A stretch of 64,000 nucleotides of DNA from a virus (IMGVR_UViG_3300013121_000017:197681-261680), one strand, 5' to 3'; shown: positions 1 through 9,186, numbered from the stretch's first letter. Program-made: numbers and translations. Notes: a model not told the origin generated them from the sequence alone.

Positions 1-831
1 AAGCTGTTCAACGCCATGAAGATGCCGAAGGAAGTCTCGAAGAAGCTGGCTTCCGAGGACATCAAGTTCGCGCGGGAGTACGAGAAGCAGACTGGCGAAT
101 CGCTGTGTGAGTGGAAGGAGTTGAACTCCAAGGAACTGATGCAGCAGGCCAAGCTTCAGAAGTTGGAAGAACTGAAGATCCAAGTCATGTCGCAGAACCC
201 GTCTTACCTGGGTGTGCCTGCGTCCCAGTTCAGCAGTTCGGTTTCTATTGGGAGCCAGGGTTTCCAGGGGTGCATGACGCTAAGTGGTCAGAACAACAAT
301 CAGCAGTTCCACTACAGCGGCTCATGTGACACCCTCCAGAAGGGAACTCCGATTCATTTCCAGCCAGAGCAGATCAGCTACCACACCATCGGGGAAGACC
401 GTCGCGTCTTCAGCATCGAGGTGAAGCCCGAGAACTCTGAGAAGTTCATCGAGAAGCTGAAGGCTGAGTTCAGGAAGAAGGCGTTGAAGAACGTCGAGGC
501 TCAGGCTGCTGATTCTGAGATGTGGTTCGCCCCGAACGGTCTGAATCGGGGCAACATCCCCAACATCATCGACGTGTTCGCTGACATCGCGGCGGAAGCC
601 TACATTCAGGTGTCTGCTAAGGTGGACAAGATGTGCAACGAGGTCTTTCTCGACACCGGCTTCACGATCAACACGCCGCCTCCAGAGGGTATCGTCGGGG
701 CCGGCAGTATCACGATCACCGCGACATCGCCGACCCTGATGGCAGACTCGATGATCGGCGGAAGCATCATCAGTGGGCCTACTCTGTCGCCGGTCAACGG
801 GGACTATAACATCAACATCGGCGGATGTTGA
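1..831 (+). CDS. Hypothetical protein, possibly 5'-truncated; central part resembles degenerate T4 gp20-type portal motifs
   Basis: Frame open from window start (first ATG at 16). Segments 'PIHFQPEQISYHTIGED' and 'RRVFSIEVKPENSEKFIEKLKAEFRKK' recall the portal 'RRVFYIDVG..KAE..I..MK..FRKK' motif (recalled, not searched). Confidence 0.5.
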   Translation, partial: KLFNAMKMPKEVSKKLASEDIKFAREYEKQTGESLCEWKELNSKELMQQAKLQKLEELKIQVMSQNPSYLGVPASQFSSSVSIGSQGFQGCMTLSGQNNNQQFHYSGSCDTLQKGTPIHFQPEQISYHTIGEDRRVFSIEVKPENSEKFIEKLKAEFRKKALKNVEAQAADSEMWFAPNGLNRGNIPNIIDVFADIAAEAYIQVSAKVDKMCNEVFLDTGFTINTPPPEGIVGAGSITITATSPTLMADSMIGGSIISGPTLSPVNGDYNINIGGC

Positions 832-980
832 TGGAATCGCTTCGAGCGATTTTTGGAATCTTTCTGATGCTCATTATTGACGGGCATCCGAAGGAAAAAG
901 CCTGGGGCTGCGGATGTTTGGTCGCGGTCCTGGGTATTTTGAGTTTGGCTGGTTACGGCCTGTACAAGCTCTTGTTGTAA
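831..980 (+). CDS. Small membrane protein (49 aa)
   Basis: TGATG stop/start overlap with the upstream gene; MESLRAIFGIFLMLII...GCLVAVLGILSLAGYGLYKLLL has two hydrophobic stretches. Not in the ORF track (<60 aa). Confidence 0.6.
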   Translation: MESLRAIFGIFLMLIIDGHPKEKAWGCGCLVAVLGILSLAGYGLYKLLL

Positions 981-1053
981 GCCTACCGGCGGGTAATCAC
1001 CGGATTTGTGTCCGATAATTGGAAACGGCGATGACAGAGGTCATCGCCGTTTT

Positions 1054-1470
1054 TTATTCTTCCTTCGGCTTCTTTGGCTTCTCGCCCGCGCCGGGCTTGT
1101 ACTCTTTGCCAACTTTCCAGTTTCGCTTCACATCTTTGTGATCCCAGTATTTGCAGCACATACGCTCGGTGACAACCAGTTCAAGGTCTGGGTGCTTGCA
1201 GAACATCATGCCGCCGCTCTTGTCGGCGGCATACTTGCAGTTGCCGCAGTTCGTGCCTTCGATCTTCTCAGGCAGCACAATCAGGTCGGCGTGCTTGAAT
1301 TTCTTGACCTGTTCTTCGGTGGTTGGACGGATGCCGTGATCCGGCGTGAACTCGCCGGGCGTCTCCGGTGTCTTCGCGTCTTTTTCGGCTTTGAGCCAGT
1401 CCTTGAAGGTTCCCATGACAGTAGTTATGCCGAAGCCGAGGGGCATTTTTTTGAAACTTTTTGGGTCCAT
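1054..1470 (-). CDS. Late protein with HiPIP-like 4-Cys motif and capsid-targeting-like motif
   Basis: NCGNCKY-x-FCKH-x-MCCKYWD; internal MGTFKDWLKAE; perfect TATAAATA 7 nt upstream. Confidence 0.65.
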   Translation of the reverse strand: MDPKSFKKMPLGFGITTVMGTFKDWLKAEKDAKTPETPGEFTPDHGIRPTTEEQVKKFKHADLIVLPEKIEGTNCGNCKYAADKSGGMMFCKHPDLELVVTERMCCKYWDHKDVKRNWKVGKEYKPGAGEKPKKPKEE

Positions 1471-1477
1471 CTTCGTC

Positions 1478-1485
1478 TATTTATA
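1478..1485 (-). promoter_or_regulatory. T4-type late promoter TATAAATA
   Basis: Exact T4 late consensus on the minus strand, 7 nt before ATG 1470, in a GC-rich genome. Confidence 0.7.
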
Positions 1486-1553
1486 TTGACGGGAATGACT
1501 GGATAGTCAGCCCGTAACCAAGTGATACGTCATTGGTAACCAAAGGAGGCAAT

Positions 1554-2054
1554 ATGACCAATGCCCTTGCGCGTAGGCGCAACCCCAACTCGTCTCTTGT
1601 TCCCTTTCGTGACGAGTTCTTCTATCCCTTTCAGCAAGCGTTCGACAGCATCTTCAACGACTTCTTCTCTGAGTCGGGGATGTCCTCCGTGCGTGGCCGA
1701 TTCGGCTATCCGAAGCTGGACTCCTACGTCAGTGACGGCCTTTACGTCGTGGAGGTCGCAGTCCCCGGACATACCAAACAGGATGTTCGGGTTGAAGTCT
1801 CCGAGAGAGACGGAGCGAAGCTCCTCAAGATTTCGGGGAAGATGGCTGAAGACTACCAGAACAAGGACGAAACCACCTATTACGTTCGTGAACTACGGCG
1901 AAGCAACTTCGAGCGGTGGCTCACCGTACCCGAGAACGTTGAAGGCGACCCGGATGCGGTTGTGAAGGACGGCATCCTGCGGCTTACTTGGAAGCTCAAG
2001 AAGGAAGAGGTTCCAAAGCTGGCGGGCCGCGAAATCGAGGTTCGCGAAGAATAA
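1554..2054 (+). CDS. Small heat-shock protein (Hsp20/alpha-crystallin family)
   Basis: 'YVVEVAVPGHTKQDVRVEV', 'YYVRELRRSNFER', 'AVVKDGILRLT'; SD AAAGGAGG before ATG 1554. Confidence 0.93.
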   Translation: MTNALARRRNPNSSLVPFRDEFFYPFQQAFDSIFNDFFSESGMSSVRGRFGYPKLDSYVSDGLYVVEVAVPGHTKQDVRVEVSERDGAKLLKISGKMAEDYQNKDETTYYVRELRRSNFERWLTVPENVEGDPDAVVKDGILRLTWKLKKEEVPKLAGREIEVREE

Positions 2055-2062
2055 CGGAAACG

Positions 2063-2098
2063 CAAACAGGGCATGGACAAACCATGCCCTGTTTGTTT
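2063..2098 (+). terminator. Intrinsic terminator after hsp20
   Basis: CAAACAGGGCATGG-acaaa-CCATGCCCTGTTTG followed by TTT. Confidence 0.8.
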
Positions 2099-2109
2099 AT
2101 GATGCGTCG

Positions 2110-2391
2110 ATGAGAACGCCATTCCGAAAGGGCGTTCGCGTCGTTATCGCGAACGACATGATGATGATCGCTGGCCGCGTTACCGACCCCAAGTACGACC
2201 TCGGGGAAGGAAAATGGGGCGTGTGGGTCATGATCCACCCACAGCCCCAGTTCGATGATTTTGTGCGTGATACAGGCCAGTTCCAATGCGAAGTTGACGT
2301 GTGCCACGCCCACGGTGTATTCAAGGGTTACACTGGGCCGAGCAAACCTGAGCCAGACGGCAGCATGGAAGTGTTTGTCGTGCCTCAGTGA
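2110..2391 (+). CDS. Hypothetical protein
   Basis: 93-aa ORF filling the gap between the terminator and a convergent gene. Confidence 0.6.
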   Translation: MRTPFRKGVRVVIANDMMMIAGRVTDPKYDLGEGKWGVWVMIHPQPQFDDFVRDTGQFQCEVDVCHAHGVFKGYTGPSKPEPDGSMEVFVVPQ

Positions 2392-2889
2392 TTACTGACC
2401 GTAATTGCAGCCTTCCATGTCATACTCGTAGCTGATCACGATCCTGTGACGACCCGGCGGCTTGTTGAAGGTGAGGCTTAGTTCCCCAGTCGTCAGATTC
2501 AATTCACCAGTCTTGGCAAACACGTCCGAAACGTCAAGGGCAAACTTGACGGCCCCAAACTCAAACTTGCCGCTTGAGGAGACAGTAAAAGTCTGGATGG
2601 GTTTGGTTCCTGGGTCTTCCAACTGGATCGTACCAGTTAGCGTACCGGCCAGAACTGGTGTATGTTCAAGGATGAAATAGGAGAACTTTTCGTGGCCATT
2701 GTTGTACTGGGTTTCGCCCTGAACGAATTGGCTGGAGTAGAAGATGTCGAGGTTGGCGCAACCGTAGTCGCCCTGCATCATGCTGAATTCGTCGTCCTGG
2801 GGGAATCCTCTGTTCTTTTCTTTGGATTTCTTCAGCCAGTAGTTGTCAGGCTGTTGGGTGTAAAGACGTTCTCGGTCAAAGATGGACAT
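2392..2889 (-). CDS. Beta-rich virion-like domain, resembling the insertion domain of huge-phage gp23-type major capsid proteins
   Basis: Start MSIFDRE with a purine-rich SD; 'ANLDIFYSSQFVQ..LEHTPVLAGTLTGTI..GELNLTTGELSLTFN..PG...ISYEYDMEG'. Family assignment is from recollection. Confidence 0.55.
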   Translation of the reverse strand: MSIFDRERLYTQQPDNYWLKKSKEKNRGFPQDDEFSMMQGDYGCANLDIFYSSQFVQGETQYNNGHEKFSYFILEHTPVLAGTLTGTIQLEDPGTKPIQTFTVSSSGKFEFGAVKFALDVSDVFAKTGELNLTTGELSLTFNKPPGRHRIVISYEYDMEGCNYGQ

Positions 2890-3380
2890 TCTTTCCTTTC
2901 GTGATTGACGTAAGTGGCTTCCATGAACCGCCAGACGATGTTGATTTCCACGTCGGCCCGCGACGAGTAACAAAGCTCGCCGAAGTCCACGGTATGGGGC
3001 CATAGTCCCTTGAGGGTCCACTCCTCAATCATAGTGCCGGACTGCTTGTGCCAGCGTTGAAGGATGCCCTCACCTAACTTACACGCCACAGACTTCATCA
3101 ACTCGTCGGGGTCTTTGGCGGTCTTGAATACTTCAGCGCCAATCTCGTAACAGTTGACGAGGATCGGGCAGATGTCAGGGAACTCGCTAGGTATCTCTTC
3201 CGGCCAGAAGTATTCGACGCGGAGCGGCAGCCAGCGGGTCTTCCCAGGACGTTTTGTGCCGTCCGGGTCAACGATTTCCTCAACGAGCATCTTGGGACGC
3301 TCGGGGACTTGAACGACGTGGTTCTTGGTGGTGTGGTTTGGGAACTTCGCCTGGAAGTAGTAAATGAAGGTGTCACGCAT
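2832..3380 (-). CDS. T4 gp19-like tail tube protein paralog (divergent)
   Basis: 'RPGKTRWLPLRV', 'GTMIEEWTLKGLWPHTVDFGELCYSSRADVEINIVWRF' match the gp19-family C-terminal signature. Confidence 0.75.
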   Translation of the reverse strand: MRDTFIYYFQAKFPNHTTKNHVVQVPERPKMLVEEIVDPDGTKRPGKTRWLPLRVEYFWPEEIPSEFPDICPILVNCYEIGAEVFKTAKDPDELMKSVACKLGEGILQRWHKQSGTMIEEWTLKGLWPHTVDFGELCYSSRADVEINIVWRFMEATYVNHERKECPSLTENVFTPNSLTTTG

Positions 3381-3409
3381 CCCTTAAAGAGAGTCGCGAC
3401 ACCTTCGTT

Positions 3410-4693
3410 TTACTGTTCGCCGTAGCGGAAGTAGTTGTCCCGCTCGGCAGCGGACATTGCCTTGCCACGCTGGGCCGGCTCAAGGTGCATGAAGTCAGAC
3501 GACTTCGCCACCGGCTCGTAAGCCAGGAACTTCTCCATGCGGGCTTCCATGCCTGCGATCCGTGCGAAGTCCATTACGTCTTTTCGCATGGCCTCGGCCT
3601 TCTGCTTCTGAAGCTCCAGTTCCGCCTCCTGTTTGTACAGGTCACGCCGACGCAGCATGTTGGCCAGCCGGTCGGGGTTCAACTCGTACAGGTGCAGCAG
3701 GAACTCCACGACCTCGAAGACGGTTCCGGGGTACTTCTGCTTGGTCAGGGCGTTCTTCACCTTCTTCGGATCGCCGTTGGACTTGAGAATCCAGGCGATG
3801 ACCGCGTTCGGGTTCCGCACGTCTTTGACGCTTGCGAAGTCCTTCACGTCCACATGCAGGTTCGGGAAGGTCGCCGGGAACAGTCCCAGCGACTCGTAGT
3901 TGCGGAGGAACATGGCCGGCTTCAGCGACTGCTTCAGTCCTGCCATGAATTCCATCGCGATACGTTCTCCCGACACACCGGGCAGGGCGCGAAATTCCCA
4001 GACCGCTTCCAGGGTTTTCTCGTCCAGAGCCTTCAGGATGTCGCCCTCGTTGAAGCGGCAGAAGAACCGCACCAGCCGAGGGATACGCAGCCGGTCCTCA
4101 CGGAAACGGTCGCGCGGGTTGCCCGGAGTGCGGACAACCTTGTTCTTGATGTCCTGAATGCCCATGCCCTGGCCCTCGCTGTCAAGGTTGTAATCCCTGA
4201 CTTCGCGGGCGTTGATGTCGTAGAAGAGGGCGTTGATGGTCAGGTCACGCCGCTTCGCGTCCTTCGCCGGGGTCGAGAAGGCAACCTTGTCGGGACGCCG
4301 ACCGTCGCCGGAATCCGGGTCGTACCAGTCCTCACGGAAGGTAGCGATCTCGAATTCCTGCTTGTTCAGCATCGCCGAGATGACGCCGAACGAGATTCCC
4401 TTGGGGAATACGCTGACGCCTGCCTCTTTGGCCTCCCGAGACGATAGAATCTCAACAACACGCTCGGGCTGTGCCGAGGTGGAGAGATCCACGTCCTTGG
4501 GCTTGTACGAAGTCCCAGGAAGATGGAAGTCCTTGTACAGCTTGTCCCTTACGGCTCCACCGACGACGAACAGACTTTCCCCGGCGTCCTTGAACAGGCG
4601 TGCCAGTACGCGCACCTCGTCGGGGAGCGGAATTTCGACAGACAGGCTGTCGAATCGCTCTTCCTCGTTCTCCAGAAAGGTCTTGAAGCTCAT
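3410..4693 (-). CDS. cca: CCA-adding tRNA nucleotidyltransferase (class II) with capsid-targeting-like N-terminus
   Basis: VVGGAVRD, DVDL, EIATFR, DAKRRDLTINAL, RFREDRLR, VSGERI motifs; SD GGAGG before MSFKTFLENEEE; alternative in-frame ATG at 4786. Confidence 0.88.
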   Translation of the reverse strand: MSFKTFLENEEERFDSLSVEIPLPDEVRVLARLFKDAGESLFVVGGAVRDKLYKDFHLPGTSYKPKDVDLSTSAQPERVVEILSSREAKEAGVSVFPKGISFGVISAMLNKQEFEIATFREDWYDPDSGDGRRPDKVAFSTPAKDAKRRDLTINALFYDINAREVRDYNLDSEGQGMGIQDIKNKVVRTPGNPRDRFREDRLRIPRLVRFFCRFNEGDILKALDEKTLEAVWEFRALPGVSGERIAMEFMAGLKQSLKPAMFLRNYESLGLFPATFPNLHVDVKDFASVKDVRNPNAVIAWILKSNGDPKKVKNALTKQKYPGTVFEVVEFLLHLYELNPDRLANMLRRRDLYKQEAELELQKQKAEAMRKDVMDFARIAGMEARMEKFLAYEPVAKSSDFMHLEPAQRGKAMSAAERDNYFRYGEQ

Positions 4694-4789
4694 GGTTTTA
4701 ACCTCCGTCCAGGGTCTTTCCAGACTAGACACGCCGGTCGAATCAAAGGCTCTGAAACCTTGCAGCTTTTTCGGTCTTCTCTGCATGAA

Positions 4790-4803
4790 GGGTATATACC
4801 TCG
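4790..4803. promoter_or_regulatory. Palindromic late-promoter-like element GGTATATACC between divergent genes
   Basis: CGAGGTATATACC on the minus strand is identical to 35644-35656; TATATA lies 6 nt from ATG 4786. Confidence 0.55.
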
Positions 4804-4866
4804 TCGCCGCGTAACGTGGCGTCTCCTCGTAGCCAAAACCTACGGTTACTCATAGCGAGGTACAAA

Positions 4867-5166
4867 ATGAGCAAGCAGAAAATCCAGTCACTCCTGATCT
4901 CCCACTTACTTCAGCACGGTCACATCGACCTCCGTTTGCCAGACGGCATGGTCCTTGAAATCGGCATCGATCAGGAAGGCACAAACGGAAATTTGGTCAA
5001 GAAGGACGACTACTGCTGGGTTATCGCCTCGCATGGCAACCGGGCAACGACAATCGATTCGTACAACCTCGGCCTTCGGTTCGAGGATGACGCCAGCAAA
5101 CTGATCTTCGAGGATCGTTTCACCGACAACGCCGGCCTTGAGGTGCGCCGGTTAGACGTTATCTGA
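4867..5166 (+). CDS. Hypothetical protein
   Basis: SD GAGG + ATG 4867 (MSKQKIQS...). Confidence 0.7.
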   Translation: MSKQKIQSLLISHLLQHGHIDLRLPDGMVLEIGIDQEGTNGNLVKKDDYCWVIASHGNRATTIDSYNLGLRFEDDASKLIFEDRFTDNAGLEVRRLDVI

Positions 5167-5553
5167 CGTGACGGGCTTACAATAGAGGTTGCCAGACACC
5201 TTTTCGACTGTCAGGCTCCCTTCAAAGGTCAAGATGGCCTCCACCGTGCCGACCGCGACGTGCGTGTCATACGGGATGGTGAAGTCGATCCAGATCAGGA
5301 ACCCGGATCGTTGAAGTTGACAGCGGGAAAGAGTAATTTGGTTGCCCCTATTGGTAAAGTCGGCGTCGGACACAACAATGAAGTTGGTGTCGAGGTTGGC
5401 GCGAACCTGCTGCATCGTCCAAGCCATGAGTCTGGTTGGATTGATGAAGCCGGCCCAGTGAGCTACGAGGAACTCTTCAAGCTTCCCGACATCAACCATG
5501 TTCCCTGACGCCGGCATTGCCCGACACGCAGGTGGGATAAATTCGTTGTTCAT
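5152..5553 (-). CDS. Hypothetical protein
   Basis: SD GAAGGGG before MNNEFIPP; globular composition. Confidence 0.6.
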   Translation of the reverse strand: MNNEFIPPACRAMPASGNMVDVGKLEEFLVAHWAGFINPTRLMAWTMQQVRANLDTNFIVVSDADFTNRGNQITLSRCQLQRSGFLIWIDFTIPYDTHVAVGTVEAILTFEGSLTVEKVSGNLYCKPVTSDNV

Positions 5554-5604
5554 GTGACCCCTTCGGTTACAGGACACTGGCTTCCGTTGTGACGGAGGTA
5601 TTGT

Positions 5605-5892
5605 ATGGCTGAGAACACACGCCCCCAGGAAGAGAAGGGCAAGAAGGGCAAGAAGGGCGATAACTTCTTGAAGGACTACGCAAGTCGCCTTTCTGACGAG
5701 CATCTTCGATTTCTCGACATGCGTCTCAAGCATCGCCTGACCGGCGACTTGGCCGACGCTGTCACACTCCTCTCAAGCTCGAATGACATGGACCGTCATC
5801 TGTCGAGTGCGAAGGGCGCGGAGGAGTTTTACGACATGCTTGACGCCATTCAGAAGCAGATCGAAAGAGAGTCTCGTCGGCGTCACAGTTGA
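5605..5892 (+). CDS. Hypothetical helical protein
   Basis: SD GGAGG; 95-aa ORF. Confidence 0.75.
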   Translation: MAENTRPQEEKGKKGKKGDNFLKDYASRLSDEHLRFLDMRLKHRLTGDLADAVTLLSSSNDMDRHLSSAKGAEEFYDMLDAIQKQIERESRRRHS

Positions 5893-5973
5893 CAACTTGA
5901 CCGATCTTTGCGAGAATTACCCCTGCCATGACAGCAGGGGATTCTTCGCCTATTTCGGCCATTGAGGTGATTC

Positions 5974-8022
5974 ATGCCGCCGCTCATCAAAGTCGGCGAC
6001 CAGCCACAACTGGTCGAGACTTCCAAATACCCATACGCAACATTCCCGTTCGCCAAATTCAATCCGGTCCAGAGCCGTATCTTCGAGTTCTACGATCAGG
6101 ACTGCAACGCGGTTATCGCGGCGGCAACGTCCGCCGGCAAGACCATCGTTGGCGAGATGTTTGCCAACCACGAACTACAGGTTCGTGGCGGTTCCTTCAT
6201 GTACCTCTGTCCTCTCCGCGCCTTGGCCCAGGAGAAGGTGGATGACTGGACCGACCCAACGCACCCCTTCAGCAAGAAGAAAGTCGCCATCTGCACCGGC
6301 GACTACCGGCTGACCAAAGAGCGGGCGGAAGAAATTGCCGCCGCCAATGTCATCATCATGACATCGGAAATGCTCAACCACCGCTGCCGCAACCACAAGT
6401 CGGAAGGCAACACTTTCCTCCAGAACATCGGGACCATCGTCGTTGACGAAAGTCACCTTCTGACCGTCCCAGGTCGTGGCGACCATCTTGAAGTCGGCCT
6501 CATGAAGCTGACCGCGATGAACCCGAAGTGCCGCGTCATCATGCTTTCGGCCACGATGCCGAATGTGGACGAGATCGCGGAGTGGGTCAGCTACAACCTC
6601 ACCAAGCGGAACACCTACGTTCTTGTTTCCAACTACCGGCCCTGCCCGCTCACCAAGTATTTCGAGAAGTACGCCGACGACGAGAAGACCTACGAGCGGA
6701 AGGAAGAGAATAAGATCGACAAGGCTCTCGACATCGTCAAATACTACCCCGACGACAAGTTTCTCATCTTCACGCACACGAAGCGTACCGGCGAACGCAT
6801 GTCGAAAGACTTGACCGCCGCCGGGATCAAGAACGAGTTCCACAACGCGGATCTCGACAAGGAGAAACGAATTGCGTTGGAGAAGCGGTTCAAGACCGAT
6901 CCGGCTCTGCGATGCGTCGTGGCTACGTCTACGCTGGCCTGGGGTGTGAACATGCCCGCTCGCCGCGTTATCGTTCTCGGTGTCCACCGTGGGATGAGCG
7001 AGGTAGCGACCTACGACATTTTCCAGATGATCGGTCGTGCGGGCCGTCCTGCCTTCGACCCCGCCGGTGACGCCTACATCCTCGTTCCCGAGTCGCAAGC
7101 GTCCATGTGGAAGGCGAGGCTGGCAGCCCAGCAACGCATCGACAGCCAACTGCTGGAGAACTATGCTGGCAACTACAAGCTGCTGGCTTTCCACGTCGTC
7201 TCGGAGATCCACCACGGCAACATCACCTGCGAGGATGACGTGCGTTCGTGGTTTGAGCGGACGCTCGCCCACTTCCAGAGTAAGGAACTGGACGACACCG
7301 CCGTGGACAACGTCATCAAGTTGCTCAAGGAGTGTTTCGCGATTGTGGAAGAGGACGGCAAGCTGAAAGCCACATCCATTGGGGTAATCAGCAGCATGTT
7401 CTACTTCAGCCCGTTCGACGTGAGCCACCTGAAGCGAAACTTCAAGTCGCTCTTCGAGCATGGTCGGGAGAACGATGACCTGTTCGTTTCCATCGCACTG
7501 GCGAACATCGACAGCAACCGCATGGGCTTCGCCAGCCGCGCCGAGAAGGAAGAGCTTGCTGGTTTTGAGCGACGTGTCCGCAACGCCGTCCCGCCCGAAG
7601 AGCAGGAGAAGATGAACCTGACGGACGGCGCGATGAAGGCCGCGTTCATGTACAACTGCTTGCTGACCGGCTCGCCGACCAACATCATGGCCGGGGCCAT
7701 GCGTGGCATGCAACACGATTCGCCGCGTCTTCTGGCCGTCGTTCAGGCTCTGGATAGCATGGGCAGCAAGTGGGGCCAGCGGGCCTTCCTTGAGACGCTG
7801 GAGAAGCGTATTCGGTACGGCGTGCCGCAGCACCTGATCGAACTGGTCAGCATCCCTCACCTTGGGCATGTTCGCGCCAACAACCTCTACAAGGCGGGCA
7901 TCAAGAATCTCGAAGAGCTTGTCGAGGCGAAGCCGGAAGACCTGATGCGGATCACGAAGATGAGTCGTAAGCTCGTTGACGAAGTGATCGAGGAAGCCAA
8001 CATCAAGATGGCGACGACTTGA
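5974..8022 (+). CDS. Ski2-like (Hel308/Brr2-type) SF2 helicase with C-terminal HhH
   Basis: FNPVQ Q-motif, ATSAGKT, PLRALAQEK, DESH, LSATMPN, ATSTLAWGVNMPA, QMIGRAGRP, HhH 'IPHLGHVRA'. Confidence 0.92.
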   Translation: MPPLIKVGDQPQLVETSKYPYATFPFAKFNPVQSRIFEFYDQDCNAVIAAATSAGKTIVGEMFANHELQVRGGSFMYLCPLRALAQEKVDDWTDPTHPFSKKKVAICTGDYRLTKERAEEIAAANVIIMTSEMLNHRCRNHKSEGNTFLQNIGTIVVDESHLLTVPGRGDHLEVGLMKLTAMNPKCRVIMLSATMPNVDEIAEWVSYNLTKRNTYVLVSNYRPCPLTKYFEKYADDEKTYERKEENKIDKALDIVKYYPDDKFLIFTHTKRTGERMSKDLTAAGIKNEFHNADLDKEKRIALEKRFKTDPALRCVVATSTLAWGVNMPARRVIVLGVHRGMSEVATYDIFQMIGRAGRPAFDPAGDAYILVPESQASMWKARLAAQQRIDSQLLENYAGNYKLLAFHVVSEIHHGNITCEDDVRSWFERTLAHFQSKELDDTAVDNVIKLLKECFAIVEEDGKLKATSIGVISSMFYFSPFDVSHLKRNFKSLFEHGRENDDLFVSIALANIDSNRMGFASRAEKEELAGFERRVRNAVPPEEQEKMNLTDGAMKAAFMYNCLLTGSPTNIMAGAMRGMQHDSPRLLAVVQALDSMGSKWGQRAFLETLEKRIRYGVPQHLIELVSIPHLGHVRANNLYKAGIKNLEELVEAKPEDLMRITKMSRKLVDEVIEEANIKMATT

Positions 8023-8827
8023 GCATCCGCATCTTTTGCTGAAGCTTCTGTTTCCGAACGGCGGCAACCTTCTGGACCACAGCTTTGCGGTCCAGAACGA
8101 TCTTGTCGTTTCTCATCATCGCTGCCATTCGCATGGTCAATCCGCATGGGTTGGACGTGCCGGTTTGCGCACACGGACAGCAGACAGGGTCGGCACTTTC
8201 AACCGTGATGGTGAGCGAAGTGCCGTCTGTGACGTAGACTGGTGGGATCTGACCATTGATCTTGACGGTGAAGACTGTGCAAGAGCCGGTTGGCGGCGGC
8301 AGTGTTCCCGTGTAGTTGACATAACCGTTGCCGACCGCTCTGAAAGATCCGCCGAGGTACTCGATGCAGCAAATGCCACTGGCCTGTGGCCCTTGGCCAC
8401 CCTGCGTGCCAGTATCGCTGCTGCCGCCTTGCTGGTAGCTCGCCGGCACGATGCCTAGCGTCATGACAGATATTGATACGGCAGCTTCCTGGCCAACGAT
8501 AGTTGTACCGTCTTCTTTGAGGATAAAGTCGGCGTAACTGGTTTCCTTGGTGATGGGGTCGGTACAACCCTGGACGCCCTGGCTGCCGCAGGTGAAATCA
8601 ACAGTTACTGAGGAACAACATGGTGGCGGACAGCACGGGCAAGGGCAGCAGCCAGCACCAAATCCGCCGGTTCCCTGGACTCCGTAGGCATACGGACCCT
8701 GACACCCCTGCGTGGCCGGAACGGCAATCTGATCGCCGTTGATCCCCAGTTGGGCGGGAATGTCGAGTGGGTTGATCTCTCCCAGGAGGCCGGTGTAGCC
8801 CTGGTATCCGAACCAGCGAGCTTCCAA
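8003..8827 (-). CDS. Cys/Gly-rich putative virion protein
   Basis: CCPCPCCPPPCC, repeated xQG triplets (GSQGVQG, GTQGGQGPQ), beta-rich segment; TTG start. Confidence 0.6.
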   Translation of the reverse strand: MEARWFGYQGYTGLLGEINPLDIPAQLGINGDQIAVPATQGCQGPYAYGVQGTGGFGAGCCPCPCCPPPCCSSVTVDFTCGSQGVQGCTDPITKETSYADFILKEDGTTIVGQEAAVSISVMTLGIVPASYQQGGSSDTGTQGGQGPQASGICCIEYLGGSFRAVGNGYVNYTGTLPPPTGSCTVFTVKINGQIPPVYVTDGTSLTITVESADPVCCPCAQTGTSNPCGLTMRMAAMMRNDKIVLDRKAVVQKVAAVRKQKLQQKMRMLKSSPS

Positions 8828-8828
8828 A

Positions 8829-9113
8829 TTACCGCCTTTCGGTCCCGAAGAAGTCCGCTGGGTATTCCATCTTCACGACACCGTTGCCAGTTGTAGGTTT
8901 GCCGTCTTCGCCCTCAACCCACCAGCGGACCTGTTTCACTTCGATCCCCAGTTGTTCCATGTGGCATTTGTCGCCAGGGAACACCGGCATGTGGTACTCG
9001 TTGCCGTCGATCAGGACGGCAACTTTGCACTCACCTTTGTCGCGGTTGTAGAGCAAGCAGTTGTTGCAGATGTGTTCCACCGGCTTCTTCTGCTTCTTGT
9101 TTTCGTCTTCCAT
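8829..9113 (-). CDS. Hypothetical Cys-containing protein
   Basis: SD GAAGGGG + ATG 9113; CNNC..C..C; TAAATA motif at 9171-9176. Confidence 0.7.
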   Translation of the reverse strand: MEDENKKQKKPVEHICNNCLLYNRDKGECKVAVLIDGNEYHMPVFPGDKCHMEQLGIEVKQVRWWVEGEDGKPTTGNGVVKMEYPADFFGTERR

Positions 9114-9186
9114 TTCAACCCCTTCTTTCGTTATAATCACGTCATCGTCAACGTCATCGGCCCCGTCTTCTATTTAGGAGCCTGCC

